A DNA stretch of 64,000 bases from Meyerozyma guilliermondii (lineage: Eukaryota). The notes under the pieces are model-generated. The model made no database searches and had not been told where the DNA came from. It saw only the letters and a program-made list of their open reading frames with translations. Positions 32,804 to 43,269 of this stretch are shown in pieces. A program made the position numbers and the translations under genes. Each line of letters opens with the position of its first letter. Position 1 is the stretch's first letter. The stretch is from positions 1,054,001-1,118,000 of the forward strand of contig CP128816.1 in assembly GCA_051546255.1 (NCBI GenBank), in the 5' to 3' direction.

Positions 32804-34145
32804 CGCGTATTTACCTCCAGACACCATCTCATCCAAATCAATTCCGATCTTTGTTCTGGAGATGTTATGAGCCCCTTCATGCTTTGGATAAGATCGTACC
32901 GCAATGCACAAAGCGGCCGTACTTAAATTTTTCCTAACCTTGTCCCAATTTGGCAATATACTGTATATAACCAGTACCTCATGCAACCTCGCAAAATTAA
33001 ACTAACGGCCAAATTAGGTTATGCCGGTGCGAAGTAGACACCTCTACTGAGAACACTAAGCCACTCTGCTACTCGAAAATTTTCTAGTAAAGTTGACAAT
33101 ATCATAACTTTTATGTGTGACACATCCTTGGCAAAGTTAAACTTTTGTCAAACATATTTATGAAAAATACTGTTTAGCTGCATGAAGGAATGCAGGGCTC
33201 TAGTCGCTTTCTTGAGGCGGGCTAACTAGCATGAGGAGCACAAAGTAAGCGAAATTGAAAGATTGTTTGATTTTGGTTCCCTATGACGTATGCGTCGATC
33301 ACGCGCAGCATGGTGCATGATACTTGCAGCCCCACCTGCGTGGGGGACCGGCAATAGATACTAGAGAAGTGAACGTTTTCCCCACAAGAACAAAATCAAC
33401 CAGTTTGAGATACTGAGCCGTATATTAAAAGCAACAACTTACTGTCGTAGCATATTTTTTGGCACGGAAACACCTACACCATGACCCTAGTATATGGCCG
33501 GTTGTGAGCCCGGACCCCCAATCATGCATCTACGGCGAGATCGAGTGGTTTTGAGTGACAACTTCAATTCGTGCAGCACGGAATGCATATAGTCCGCCAT
33601 TATGCATATCGGCCACTCTGGCTATGCCAGGGTCTAGCTTCTGTGGTTGCAAAATAGACCAAGTGGAGACGTGGCACCTCTTGCATGCTACATATAAATA
33701 GCCACCGTTGTCTGCCGTTAGCTGTTTACTTCTACTTCTTTCAGTGGTTTCGCAACGTTGCTGCCTTCGTATATATTATTTGCGGTGTGGTGTCAGGCGG
33801 CCACGACGGCGAGCGTAACTTATTTTGTTAGCTACTCGAACTAGTTTGCTGCCAACTCTGTGACGTAACTGACTCTCGTGTGTCATCCCTAACCAAGGGT
33901 ACTTTTCGCAGCGACCGTTTTGCACGGGCTCACATTAGTTTTAAACTATTCTTCCTTGCGGCTTATGCCACCTCTTTGCGCGATATAAGTGATCTGCAGT
34001 ATTCCCCGTTTCTGGCAGCACTTACACACAAAGTTTCGTCGTTGAGTATTTTCTCGTGATAACAAGTTTCATAGACGCTTGATAACGGTTTAATTTGTCA
34101 AATAACTCGCATAGTCAAATATGGAGATTCATACTTCCTGCTGCC

Positions 34146-35348
34146 ATGTCCTCAAATCCTCATGAAACTTTTGTATTATCTTTCCATGAAAAAGTCAAAA
34201 ATGAGCCAAACACAATGTCCGACAATATAGCCCCCGAGGCCAACGATGACCACACCTATCCATCTTCTGGAGATCCTCAGTTTCAACGCCCAGGTTTCCA
34301 GTCTGAGTTTAGTCCTCATTTTCATCTGTCACCGACATCTCCGAAACATTCGATCCCCTCGGATCCACCGCAGTTCGACAACTTTTCATTTCTGATTGAC
34401 CAAAGACCTCCACATCCTCACCTGAGCCATGGTCAACCCATCCATACTTCCTTTCCTATCCAGGACCACTATTCTAGCCACATTCATGGTCCACCACTTC
34501 CGGCCGATCCTCAACATGACCCTAATTCTTCCAGGACTGGCTCTCATTCCTCTGCACCGTCTCTGCGCCAGCAGCACGTTCTACCAATGGTGCCCCCAAG
34601 ACAGATGCTTGGTTATCCGCAGCATTTCTCCCTGACGAGTTCACTTCCTCATTCACAAGAAAGCCTTTTGCAAGCACCAATAATACCACCTCAAGTTTAC
34701 ATGCCTCAGCCCATACCCTCGGACGTGCATCCTCTAGGGGAACTTGGCCCAGATCACTTCTATGAATGCCCTTCGTCCGATATGTACCCGCCCCATGCCT
34801 ACCCTGCAGAACTCACTCCCGTTGATCATAATAGAGGGGTTCCACTACTGGAAGATGACCACTTTCTGCCACCTAAATTCAATTTTGGCCGTGCTTTGCT
34901 GCTCGACAACGAATTCACCTCAACATACAGCTCTAATGATCCGTCACCATATGCCATGGCCTCCGATGACGCCGATTTCTCAGCTACCGCTCCTGTCCCA
35001 TCCGAGAAAGAACCAGAACTGTCCAAGGTCTCCAACCAAACTTCTCCGCTGCCACTGGCTCTGCCACAACTGAATCTGCCAGTACTAACTGGACCTCTGG
35101 GAAGAAGAGCTCCAGAACGAAAAAAACGAAATTCGGTTCCTACCGGGGAAGCCGCGGCTCGAAGCCGATGTCCCATATGTAAAAAACAATTCAAGCGGCC
35201 TTCCTCGATGCAAACTCACATTTATTCACATACTGGGCAAAAATGCTTTAAATGTCCATGGGAAGGTTGTGGACGAGAATTCAACGTCAAGTCCAATATG
35301 ACACGCCACTATAAACTCCATGAGAGGGACGAGAGACGAAGCACTTGA
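34146..35348 (+). CDS. C2H2 zinc-finger transcription factor (two C-terminal fingers, CMR3/YPR015C-like)
   Basis: CPICKKQFKRPSSMQTHIYSHTG and CPWEGCGREFNVKSNMTRHYKLH; Pro/Ser/His-rich N-terminus. Start could also be 34215. Confidence 0.85.
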   Translation: MSSNPHETFVLSFHEKVKNEPNTMSDNIAPEANDDHTYPSSGDPQFQRPGFQSEFSPHFHLSPTSPKHSIPSDPPQFDNFSFLIDQRPPHPHLSHGQPIHTSFPIQDHYSSHIHGPPLPADPQHDPNSSRTGSHSSAPSLRQQHVLPMVPPRQMLGYPQHFSLTSSLPHSQESLLQAPIIPPQVYMPQPIPSDVHPLGELGPDHFYECPSSDMYPPHAYPAELTPVDHNRGVPLLEDDHFLPPKFNFGRALLLDNEFTSTYSSNDPSPYAMASDDADFSATAPVPSEKEPELSKVSNQTSPLPLALPQLNLPVLTGPLGRRAPERKKRNSVPTGEAAARSRCPICKKQFKRPSSMQTHIYSHTGQKCFKCPWEGCGREFNVKSNMTRHYKLHERDERRST

Positions 35349-35565
35349 TCATGTGCTGGTTTACAACCATACTAAAAGATGTACATTGTCCCATTCACCT
35401 TGTCACACCAGTGGTCTGCTTCGAGGTACTGCACACAATTCAAATCGCAGCGAACAGTTGTATCGGCAATGGGTCCTCATTTCCACCTGCTTATACATAC
35501 ATTACATAACCAACAACCAATCAATTTTCATCTAACGAACCGCTCACATACCTCTCATCAACACC

Positions 35566-35745
35566 ATGGCTGCACATCCAGCCAAGTACCTCCGCCACGC
35601 ACCCGTAAGCGCGCCACACGTCGACCCTCGTTTGAGATGGGGGGCCAAGTTGTTGGGAGCCACCATGTGGTTTTACATTTTCTACAGAGTCAAGGAAGAC
35701 GGCCCAGTGATGTTTGGCCAGAAATTACCATTTGAGCACCACTAA
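35566..35745 (+). CDS. Mitochondrial complex I accessory subunit NDUFB2/AGGG-like (59 aa)
   Basis: Manual translation MAAHPAKYLRHAPVSAPHVDPRLRWGAKLLGATMWFYIFYRVKEDGPVMFGQKLPFEHH*; family motif MWFxxxYRxKxDGPV..G..P; CACCATGG context. Confidence 0.88.
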   Translation: MAAHPAKYLRHAPVSAPHVDPRLRWGAKLLGATMWFYIFYRVKEDGPVMFGQKLPFEHH

Positions 35746-36172
35746 TGGTTGTGCCTTACTGTCGCCAGTATATAAGCTACCGCATTCGTATACATTAGTA
35801 TACATTTGAGTACAATACTATAGTGTATTGTTGTCGGTACTATTGAGTAGAATTATTTAGTTAGTACAAGACATTGAAAGTTATTGTAGATTTAATCCAT
35901 TCAAATCAGTGGTGAGGCGAACCCCACTTTGATTTTGCACTCAATATGCTAGTCTTTTACGTCTCTGCAACTATAATGCATCCACCGCTTACTTGCATAT
36001 TCTTACGCATTAGTGCGCACAATCTCCTGCCGTTTGGCTGCCATAGGTAAACTTAACTATTCAGCCGCCAATTGTGCATAATTGTGCATCGTGGTATCTA
36101 TAAAAGCAGACCCACCTGCTCAATATTTACTACCAACTTTAAATCTATTCCCAAATATCCGCTTTCGTTCCC

Positions 36173-37111
36173 ATGCTCCCCCCAAGTGAACGTCTCCGCC
36201 TGGCAGTTAAGGACGGTAATGTGGCCGTGGTGACGCGCCTTCTTACCCGCTTTCCTCACCTATGGCTTAATGCAGACAGTGAAGGCAAAAGCAATCTCCA
36301 TCATGCTCTGTATAATGGAAAGTATCTCGTTTGCTTCCATCTCATTTCTCACAAACCAGGCGATTTCTCCAATAACTCGATTGATCTACTCACATTCCAA
36401 CTGGAATCAGTGCTACACATGCCTATTGCCCTACACCACTCGCAAACACTTCACTATCTACTCCAGGAGTTTCCAGGTAAATTGTGGCTCAACCATAAAG
36501 GAGGCCCTGATTTGCAAACTCCTCTTCATTACTGCTGCCGCTATGGGTTCGTATATGGAATGCAGCTCCTTCTAGAGTTTGGTGCTAGCTATTGGGATAC
36601 AGATACCAACGGCAATACCTGCTTGCACCTCTGCTTTGCTCATGGTCAATTGCGGTGCATACAGATTCTAATGGAACATATAATGGGTCACAAGGGCATT
36701 GAAGCGTTCGAAATGCTAGAGAATTCAAGAAACAAAAAAGGTTGGCTCGCAAGTGAGTTTGCTATTTCCACTGATTTCTCACACAGCTACTCCAAGATAA
36801 AAAGTATGGTGGCTTCGCGACTGGTTTCTATACCACAATACCCTGAAGCCTCGTTCCCTCTCAGCTCACCCATCGTATTGGACCTGTCGCCATTCATGAG
36901 CTCGGCTTCGAATTCCAAAACTAACTCAAACACCTCTTTACCGTCGACTGCAGTTCCACGCGGCCGACCTCACGCACAGTCGCTTTCCATCAATACCTCG
37001 CCCACGTCTCCTATCATACGCAAGGCAAGGTCTTCCTCAACAATACAACTGCTGCCCGACTGGAGTCCGACGGTGTCCTCTATTTCTTTCCGAAGAGCAC
37101 GGCCACAATAA
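36173..37111 (+). CDS. AVO2: Ankyrin-repeat TORC2 subunit Avo2
   Basis: PSERLRLAVKDGN..VTRLLTRFP, LHHA(S)YNG, TPLHYCCRYG, NGNTCLHLCF; Ser-rich tail. Confidence 0.85.
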   Translation: MLPPSERLRLAVKDGNVAVVTRLLTRFPHLWLNADSEGKSNLHHALYNGKYLVCFHLISHKPGDFSNNSIDLLTFQLESVLHMPIALHHSQTLHYLLQEFPGKLWLNHKGGPDLQTPLHYCCRYGFVYGMQLLLEFGASYWDTDTNGNTCLHLCFAHGQLRCIQILMEHIMGHKGIEAFEMLENSRNKKGWLASEFAISTDFSHSYSKIKSMVASRLVSIPQYPEASFPLSSPIVLDLSPFMSSASNSKTNSNTSLPSTAVPRGRPHAQSLSINTSPTSPIIRKARSSSTIQLLPDWSPTVSSISFRRARPQ

Positions 37112-37218
37112 CCACACACATTAGTCGGACTGCCTTATCTATGGGTGTCGCGGATGCATTTGATCTCACTCTGACACTGAAAATCATTAGCAGAGGTTCA
37201 CTTGGTGGAGGCAATTAG

Positions 37219-40101
37219 ATGAAGCGAGGCATTGACATCGTCCAAGCTCTCAAAAACTCAAAAAGATCAAAGTCGCTGGATGATAGCGTCGAAAGCAAAC
37301 TCTCCAAAGCCAGCCCTGACCTATCTCAATATGCGGCAGTCCAAATCAGTAAAGAAGATGTCACGGTGAATCCTGAGGTAAAGAGCACGATAGACAATCA
37401 TAAAAAAGAACCGCCATCTATTGCATCAAGCATCAAAAAGTCACCAAAGACGGTAATCGGCAAACACGCAAACTCAACCAAAAAACCAAAGAAGCGAACT
37501 CCGTTAGACCAGCAATTCATAGACTTGAAAAACGAGTACCCAGATTGTGTCCTTGCCATACAAGTAGGGTACAAGTACAAGTTTTTCGGTGTCGATGCTG
37601 TTCCAGTTTCTCGCATCTTGAACATCATGTTCATACCAGGAAATTTGACTGAGCGAGATGCCACCCACGATAAGTTTGCATACTGTTCTGTTCCCGATAA
37701 CAGGCTCCATATACATCTCCAGAGGCTTCTTACAAATGGCTTGAAAGTTGCCGTTGTATCACAAACAGAGTCAGCCGTGTTGCGTGAAGCCGAATCTTCA
37801 AAAGGTCTCTTTTTGAGAGAAGTGACAGCAATATACACCAAAGCAACCTACATTGAAGAAGGATCTGGCGATTTCATCTCTTGCATTACATGGAACGGTA
37901 CATCTGCTGGTGCAGTCACCGTACAGCCTTGCACTGGTGAAATAATTGTTGAAGATTTCAGTGAAAAAGAACCTGAAGCGTTATCCGAGCTCCAAACCTA
38001 CCTCCACCACTTACGACCATCAGAGATTATTGTCACCGACAATGAAGCTACAAAGGAGAACGATAAATTATCGAGATTGTTGAAAAGTTTCGGTGGAGCT
38101 CGTATATCTTACAAGCCATTTGATGAAGTTTCACCAATTGAGGAGCTACTCCCAGCGAGTATTGCAAATTACTATGTGACCAACCACAGCACTACAACCA
38201 CACAATGCATTTCTCAGCTCATCACCTACCTAAAGGACTTTAGTCTTGATCAAATATTCACTGTGCCAAGCAATGTCTCCAAGTTTTCCACTAAGATGTA
38301 CATGAATTTGCCAGGAAACACACTAAAGGCTCTTGAAATATTCCAAAATTCTTCAGGGACCGAGAAGGGTACCCTTTTTTGGCATCTCGACCATACACAT
38401 ACAAAAATGGGGAGGCGAATGTTGCAGAAATGGGTTAGTAAACCACTAATAGACAATGCAAGCATTCAAGAGAGGTTGGATGCAATAGAATCACTTATGA
38501 ATTACAATTACGCCGTGGAAGTCTTCGAAGGCATTATCAAAAAAATCGGCCGCGACGAGTCAGATTGGGAAAAGTCGATGATTAAGATTCATTACACGGC
38601 CAATGGCTCACAGAACCGTGTTACCCGTAAGGAAGTTGTTCAGCTTCTCCTTCAATTCCGATCTGTGATCGATACTGTTTACAAGTTCAAAAGCTCATTC
38701 AAAGATTCGAGTATATCAAAGTTGCTTCAAAGCATGTTTCTGGAATTAGCTGAACTAGCTTCGACTCCGATCGTTAATGACTTGCTATCCAGGGTAAAGA
38801 TCGAAGCAGTTTATCGTGAAGAAGTTGAAGACCAAAAGAAGGAGTTTTTCGATTTGGATTCCCACCCACACGAGGGAATAAAGTCTGAGCTAAATGCTAT
38901 TTCCGAACTCGAGCAAGCATTACAAGACGAATTAGTGGAAATCAAAAAAATAATCAAAAAGCCAGTCGACTATATGACCGTCTCTCGTGAGCCCTATCTT
39001 ATTGCGCTAAGAGGTGATTCGGGCCCTCAGGACTGGCTTAAAATCAGTGCTACAAAAACCGTAACTCGATATCGTCCACCCAAGGTATCTAAATTGTACA
39101 AAGAATTGCTTTATCACCAGGAAAAGTTGATCCAACAGTGTGATGAAGCGTTTGCTACCTTCTTGAAAGATATTGACTCCCACTACACTTACTTCAGTCG
39201 TCTTATCAAGATTGTCGCAGAAATAGACTGCTTATTATCTTTGAAGGCTACTAGCTCAAGCAACTCTGGATATTCCAAGCCAATTTTGTCTGACAAGCAG
39301 ATGATTAAAGCAAAAAGAAGCAGGAATCCTGTCATCGAGAATCTCACATCCACGCTGCAATACGTTGCCAATGATATCGAAATCTCATACGATGAAAATA
39401 GGGTCTTGATTATAACGGGCCCGAATATGGGCGGAAAGTCATCATATGTCAAGCAGGTTGCCTTGATTGCGTTGATGACGCAAATAGGCTGCTATTTACC
39501 ATGTGAATCTGCCATTGTCGGCATTTTTGATACTATTCTCGTTCGTATGGGAGCAGAAGATAATATCCTCAAGGGCGAGTCTACCTTTATGGTGGAAATG
39601 CTGGAATGCAGCACCATCATCAAGAGCCTTACAAATAAGTCTTTGGTGATTCTCGACGAAATTGGCCGAGGTACTGGTACAGAAGATGGTATTGCAATTG
39701 CATACTCCATCATCAGCTACTTAATCGAGGAACCTCGTCTTCCACTCACCCTTTTCATAACACATTATCCTTCATTGAAAGTGTTGGAAGACACACATCC
39801 AAAAAATGTTGCAAATTACCACATGGGTTTTATGGAAGTGGCTAAAGCTGATCAAGAGTGGCCGGATGTGACCTTCTTGTATACTTTAAAGCGTGGAGTG
39901 GTTAGCAATCTGTACGGTTTGAATGTTGCAAGGCTAGCTGGTATTCCCTCTGAGATTATCACAAAGGCATTCAAAGTTGCGGAAGCTTTAAAACAAGACA
40001 TAGAAGATTCGGAACTTTCTTCTATGGGACAAATCTTGAAAAGTGAGCAAAGTAGTGCCAGCAAGTTGGTAGAGATCGACAGAATCGTCTCTTATATATA
40101 G
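37219..40101 (+). CDS. MSH3: Mismatch repair protein Msh3
   Basis: TPLDQQ, Msh3-type VGYKYKFFG, SVPDNRLHIHLQRL, Walker A ITGPNMGGKS, STFMVEM, LDEIGRGT, ITHY. Confidence 0.96.
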   Translation: MKRGIDIVQALKNSKRSKSLDDSVESKLSKASPDLSQYAAVQISKEDVTVNPEVKSTIDNHKKEPPSIASSIKKSPKTVIGKHANSTKKPKKRTPLDQQFIDLKNEYPDCVLAIQVGYKYKFFGVDAVPVSRILNIMFIPGNLTERDATHDKFAYCSVPDNRLHIHLQRLLTNGLKVAVVSQTESAVLREAESSKGLFLREVTAIYTKATYIEEGSGDFISCITWNGTSAGAVTVQPCTGEIIVEDFSEKEPEALSELQTYLHHLRPSEIIVTDNEATKENDKLSRLLKSFGGARISYKPFDEVSPIEELLPASIANYYVTNHSTTTTQCISQLITYLKDFSLDQIFTVPSNVSKFSTKMYMNLPGNTLKALEIFQNSSGTEKGTLFWHLDHTHTKMGRRMLQKWVSKPLIDNASIQERLDAIESLMNYNYAVEVFEGIIKKIGRDESDWEKSMIKIHYTANGSQNRVTRKEVVQLLLQFRSVIDTVYKFKSSFKDSSISKLLQSMFLELAELASTPIVNDLLSRVKIEAVYREEVEDQKKEFFDLDSHPHEGIKSELNAISELEQALQDELVEIKKIIKKPVDYMTVSREPYLIALRGDSGPQDWLKISATKTVTRYRPPKVSKLYKELLYHQEKLIQQCDEAFATFLKDIDSHYTYFSRLIKIVAEIDCLLSLKATSSSNSGYSKPILSDKQMIKAKRSRNPVIENLTSTLQYVANDIEISYDENRVLIITGPNMGGKSSYVKQVALIALMTQIGCYLPCESAIVGIFDTILVRMGAEDNILKGESTFMVEMLECSTIIKSLTNKSLVILDEIGRGTGTEDGIAIAYSIISYLIEEPRLPLTLFITHYPSLKVLEDTHPKNVANYHMGFMEVAKADQEWPDVTFLYTLKRGVVSNLYGLNVARLAGIPSEIITKAFKVAEALKQDIEDSELSSMGQILKSEQSSASKLVEIDRIVSYI

Positions 40102-40116
40102 CGTCAGAGTCATATA

Positions 40117-41694
40117 TTAGTCGGTTGAATTGAAAAAAAAGTTTATACATGTGCGATTGAATTCTGGAGGATTGTCCAAATAGATGTGATGTCCCGCTTC
40201 TTTTACCGTATGATGAAAAGCTAAACCTTTATCCATTTTCTCAAACTTTTCACAAATATAACGACCTCCTTTAGAATTCATCCAATCTTTATCGCCATAA
40301 AGCCACAAGGTCTTGACTTTTGACTCTACTAGATGTTCCACGAGACCTCGGTCACAAAGGGGAAGTCTGGCCAATACTTCATGGTTGACCAATTTGGTGA
40401 TGGCAAGCTCACCAGAACCCTGATATTGATTGAATATGCTGTACGAGTAACGATGAAGGGTCAAAATAAGGTCTACGTTGACACCTTGTTCACCGCCGTC
40501 GTTTGATTTTAAGTTGCGAAATCGCTGAAATGACCAGAAGGAAAGAAGTTTGGAGTAGAATGGCCCGAAAGTTTGCAAAAGCTGGAAGGGAGATTTGTTC
40601 CATTCCCAAAGTTTTCGCAATACAATGCTTCCTGGAATTCGAGGTCGTCCTAGGTGTTCCCATAATTTCTCCAAATCTTCGTTTGCCTGTACTTCAACCA
40701 GGTTATCTCTCTGAGAAGTGACAAGCTCCTTTAAGGGATCACCGCCCTTTTGGTGATGATTATACTGATATTTTTTATCATTGATCAATGAGACATAGCT
40801 CGATTCCGTGCCCATTGGACTGGCCACAATGAACTCTGAAACGAGTTTTGATCCATCCTCTTGGTTATTATACTTCATCAAGTAGCAAGAAGACAAGTAG
40901 GCACCCATAGAATGTCCAATAAGCTTGAATGCAGATATGTTTCTTTTGAGCCTCCAAGCCTCGATTTTATCGATAAACCAATTTTCAACTTGCAAGATCT
41001 GAGAAATTTGTTCCTCCAATGAGGGAAGCGATGCTAACAACTCTCGAGGGAAAGGAGGACGTGAGGAATTGCCGAATCCTGGCAAATCGATGACATGAAG
41101 GCGAACACCAGGCTGCGCCTTGAGTATGTCTTCAACGTTTTTCACAAAGTATCCCAGTGCCGCCATGTATCCATGGATTATAACGATATCGGATTTTTCA
41201 GCGTCTGGCTCCACATTGTTCTCTAGGTACACCTCATGAATAAATAAGTCTGGGGCGATCTCAACATCGATCATTTGGCACGCGAGTGGAAACGTGCTCA
41301 TCTCAACTATCGTAGTGGAATCGCTTACAGGTTCCATTATATGTACCTCCTCCGAGAGAATTGAACGGTACAAGTCGTACTCGATCTTCCGGTTCCTTAA
41401 CTTGGCTTCAAGATACTTGGCACCTTGTTTAGCACCAATATCAGCACTCATTAATTGTGTGGACGAGTTCCACCAATCTTTAATCGAAGCAGATAGAGCA
41501 ATGGATGTTGGAGTTTTGATATCGCCCGAGGCCCCTGTTTGGTCAGCCAGCTTCTCAGGAGCCCCCATCGTCTTTATTGCATCTTGAATAAGTGTGGTCA
41601 TTAACAAACCAGATCTGAAAAGGGCGATAAGAAGTGGGAGGTGTGCAGGTGTACTGATGCACAGATAAAGATGTGCGGCGGAACGAGGGACCAT
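40117..41694 (-). CDS. Alpha/beta hydrolase of the CLD1/ICT1/ECM18 (ABHD4/5) family
   Basis: IHGYMA, IDLPGFGNSSRP, GHSMG nucleophile elbow, YGDKDWM, AGHHIYLDNP. Start may instead be the ATG at 41601. Confidence 0.85.
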   Translation of the reverse strand: MVPRSAAHLYLCISTPAHLPLLIALFRSGLLMTTLIQDAIKTMGAPEKLADQTGASGDIKTPTSIALSASIKDWWNSSTQLMSADIGAKQGAKYLEAKLRNRKIEYDLYRSILSEEVHIMEPVSDSTTIVEMSTFPLACQMIDVEIAPDLFIHEVYLENNVEPDAEKSDIVIIHGYMAALGYFVKNVEDILKAQPGVRLHVIDLPGFGNSSRPPFPRELLASLPSLEEQISQILQVENWFIDKIEAWRLKRNISAFKLIGHSMGAYLSSCYLMKYNNQEDGSKLVSEFIVASPMGTESSYVSLINDKKYQYNHHQKGGDPLKELVTSQRDNLVEVQANEDLEKLWEHLGRPRIPGSIVLRKLWEWNKSPFQLLQTFGPFYSKLLSFWSFQRFRNLKSNDGGEQGVNVDLILTLHRYSYSIFNQYQGSGELAITKLVNHEVLARLPLCDRGLVEHLVESKVKTLWLYGDKDWMNSKGGRYICEKFEKMDKGLAFHHTVKEAGHHIYLDNPPEFNRTCINFFFNSTD

Positions 41695-42057
41695 TGTAAA
41701 TGGGCGATACTAGGTTCTGGGGGAATGAAAATGACTGAATGCTTCATGATTTGATAGGTATGAAAAGAGCTTCTTGAGAAAATTTCGTGCTTGGCGGTGA
41801 ACCAATTTGTAACATTTTATGGGGAAAGAGAGGTGTTTCCTATTTAGGATGAATGTTGCAAATGTCTTACATTCAGTCGATCATCTAATGAGCCCTAATG
41901 GTGAGTTTCCAACACAAAACCATGTTTTGGCAAGTGTTTTTCATAAACACGTGAAAGCCAAATTAAAGTTTCCATCTGTAACCAAGATGCTCGGCTGTAA
42001 TTCGGCAGTATACAGCATACCATTAATTCATTATAAAGACTCCACAACCCAGAGAAG

Positions 42058-42618
42058 ATGCCAATGTCACAACAAAATAATCACACACCGACACGGTTGT
42101 ACCCTCTTAGTCTTGGGCAAAATTCTAACCAACCAGCGCCCTACTCCATGCACACCATTGAGGATATAAGTCTGCCACGACCCCGTTTCTTGTATCCCGA
42201 AATAGACACGGTTCTTGAAACAGCCAATTTACTTGATTTGAGCGACACCGATACCGACAGCATTACTTCGTCACAGGAGATTCAGACTGTTAGAGTCAGG
42301 GGCGTATTGGGTACACTCCGTCACACATTTTGGGGAAAAGTTCGTTTCTTGCGTTTCAAAAACAACCTGAGAAACACAGTGAGACCCAATAGGGACCGCA
42401 TTAGACGTGCTGACCCAAGACTAAAGAACCAGGAAAACGAGTTGCAGTCTCCGTTTGAAACCCCAATTTCGACTGGAACTGTATCTGAGAGTGAGTCTGC
42501 CATGTCTCTTCAGCGGTACGATACAGCACCGTCCAACTTTGCAGCGCAGATATACAACGACCCCGCACGCAACAACGGTACTGAAAACCTCGTCCGCATT
42601 AATGGCCAGCCCAACTAG
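42058..42618 (+). CDS. Hypothetical protein (186 aa)
   Basis: ATG-initiated ORF filling an intergenic slot; no recognised domain. Confidence 0.55.
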   Translation: MPMSQQNNHTPTRLYPLSLGQNSNQPAPYSMHTIEDISLPRPRFLYPEIDTVLETANLLDLSDTDTDSITSSQEIQTVRVRGVLGTLRHTFWGKVRFLRFKNNLRNTVRPNRDRIRRADPRLKNQENELQSPFETPISTGTVSESESAMSLQRYDTAPSNFAAQIYNDPARNNGTENLVRINGQPN

Positions 42619-42667
42619 CACGATAAGTCAGAGTATGTATCAAAATAAATCACCCTGTAGATTATGA

Positions 42668-43096
42668 CTACTTCTTTCCCTTGGGTCTATCCAACTCAGT
42701 ATAAGCAGGAGGTGCTGGTTCTTCTTGGTTTATTGCTCCATATGAAGTCGAAGGAGGTGCCAAAGGAGTCGGTTCTGTAGCAACAACAGGTCCATTATGG
42801 TGGTGATGGTGATGGTGACAGTTATTTTGTGGGGGTAACTGGTTTTCTAAATCTGGATTTCCACGGTAGATATAGTATACTTTAGATTCTTGGGTGATGG
42901 TGTATGGAGGATACTTGGCTATAATGTACCATGAGTGGATCAAACCGGGAAAGTAACCCAAAATAAATAATAGAATATTGATTAACGAATCCTGCGAACA
43001 AAATCCCCTTCTGATCCAGACAGGAAGTGGAGGGAAAAGAACCGATAATACGATAAGACAGAGATCTGTCATGCACTCGCAACAACAAAAACACAT
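42668..43096 (-). CDS. Pmp3/Sna-family proteolipid (SNA4/SNA3-like)
   Basis: N-terminal Cys cluster MCFCCCEC, LFPPLPVWIRRG, LINILLFILGYFPGLIHSWYII, C-terminal PPAY. Confidence 0.88.
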   Translation of the reverse strand: MCFCCCECMTDLCLIVLSVLFPPLPVWIRRGFCSQDSLINILLFILGYFPGLIHSWYIIAKYPPYTITQESKVYYIYRGNPDLENQLPPQNNCHHHHHHHNGPVVATEPTPLAPPSTSYGAINQEEPAPPAYTELDRPKGKK

Positions 43097-43269
43097 TGTA
43101 AATGTAAAAAACGTCGATTTATAGGTGTACTAATTTCCGCAAATTGCCCCCCTTTATATATGGTCATCACCGGCGGACCGGTAGTTAAGTTAAGTCAAGC
43201 CTCGGTCACGTGATACAGCTCGTGATGAGGCCGCACCTCAAGTTTGCCGCTTTCTCCAATCCTTGCAAC

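Noticed and set aside
35379..35735. 118-aa ORF in the track
   Set aside because: Wrong frame; the family-like motif is in the 35566-35745 frame
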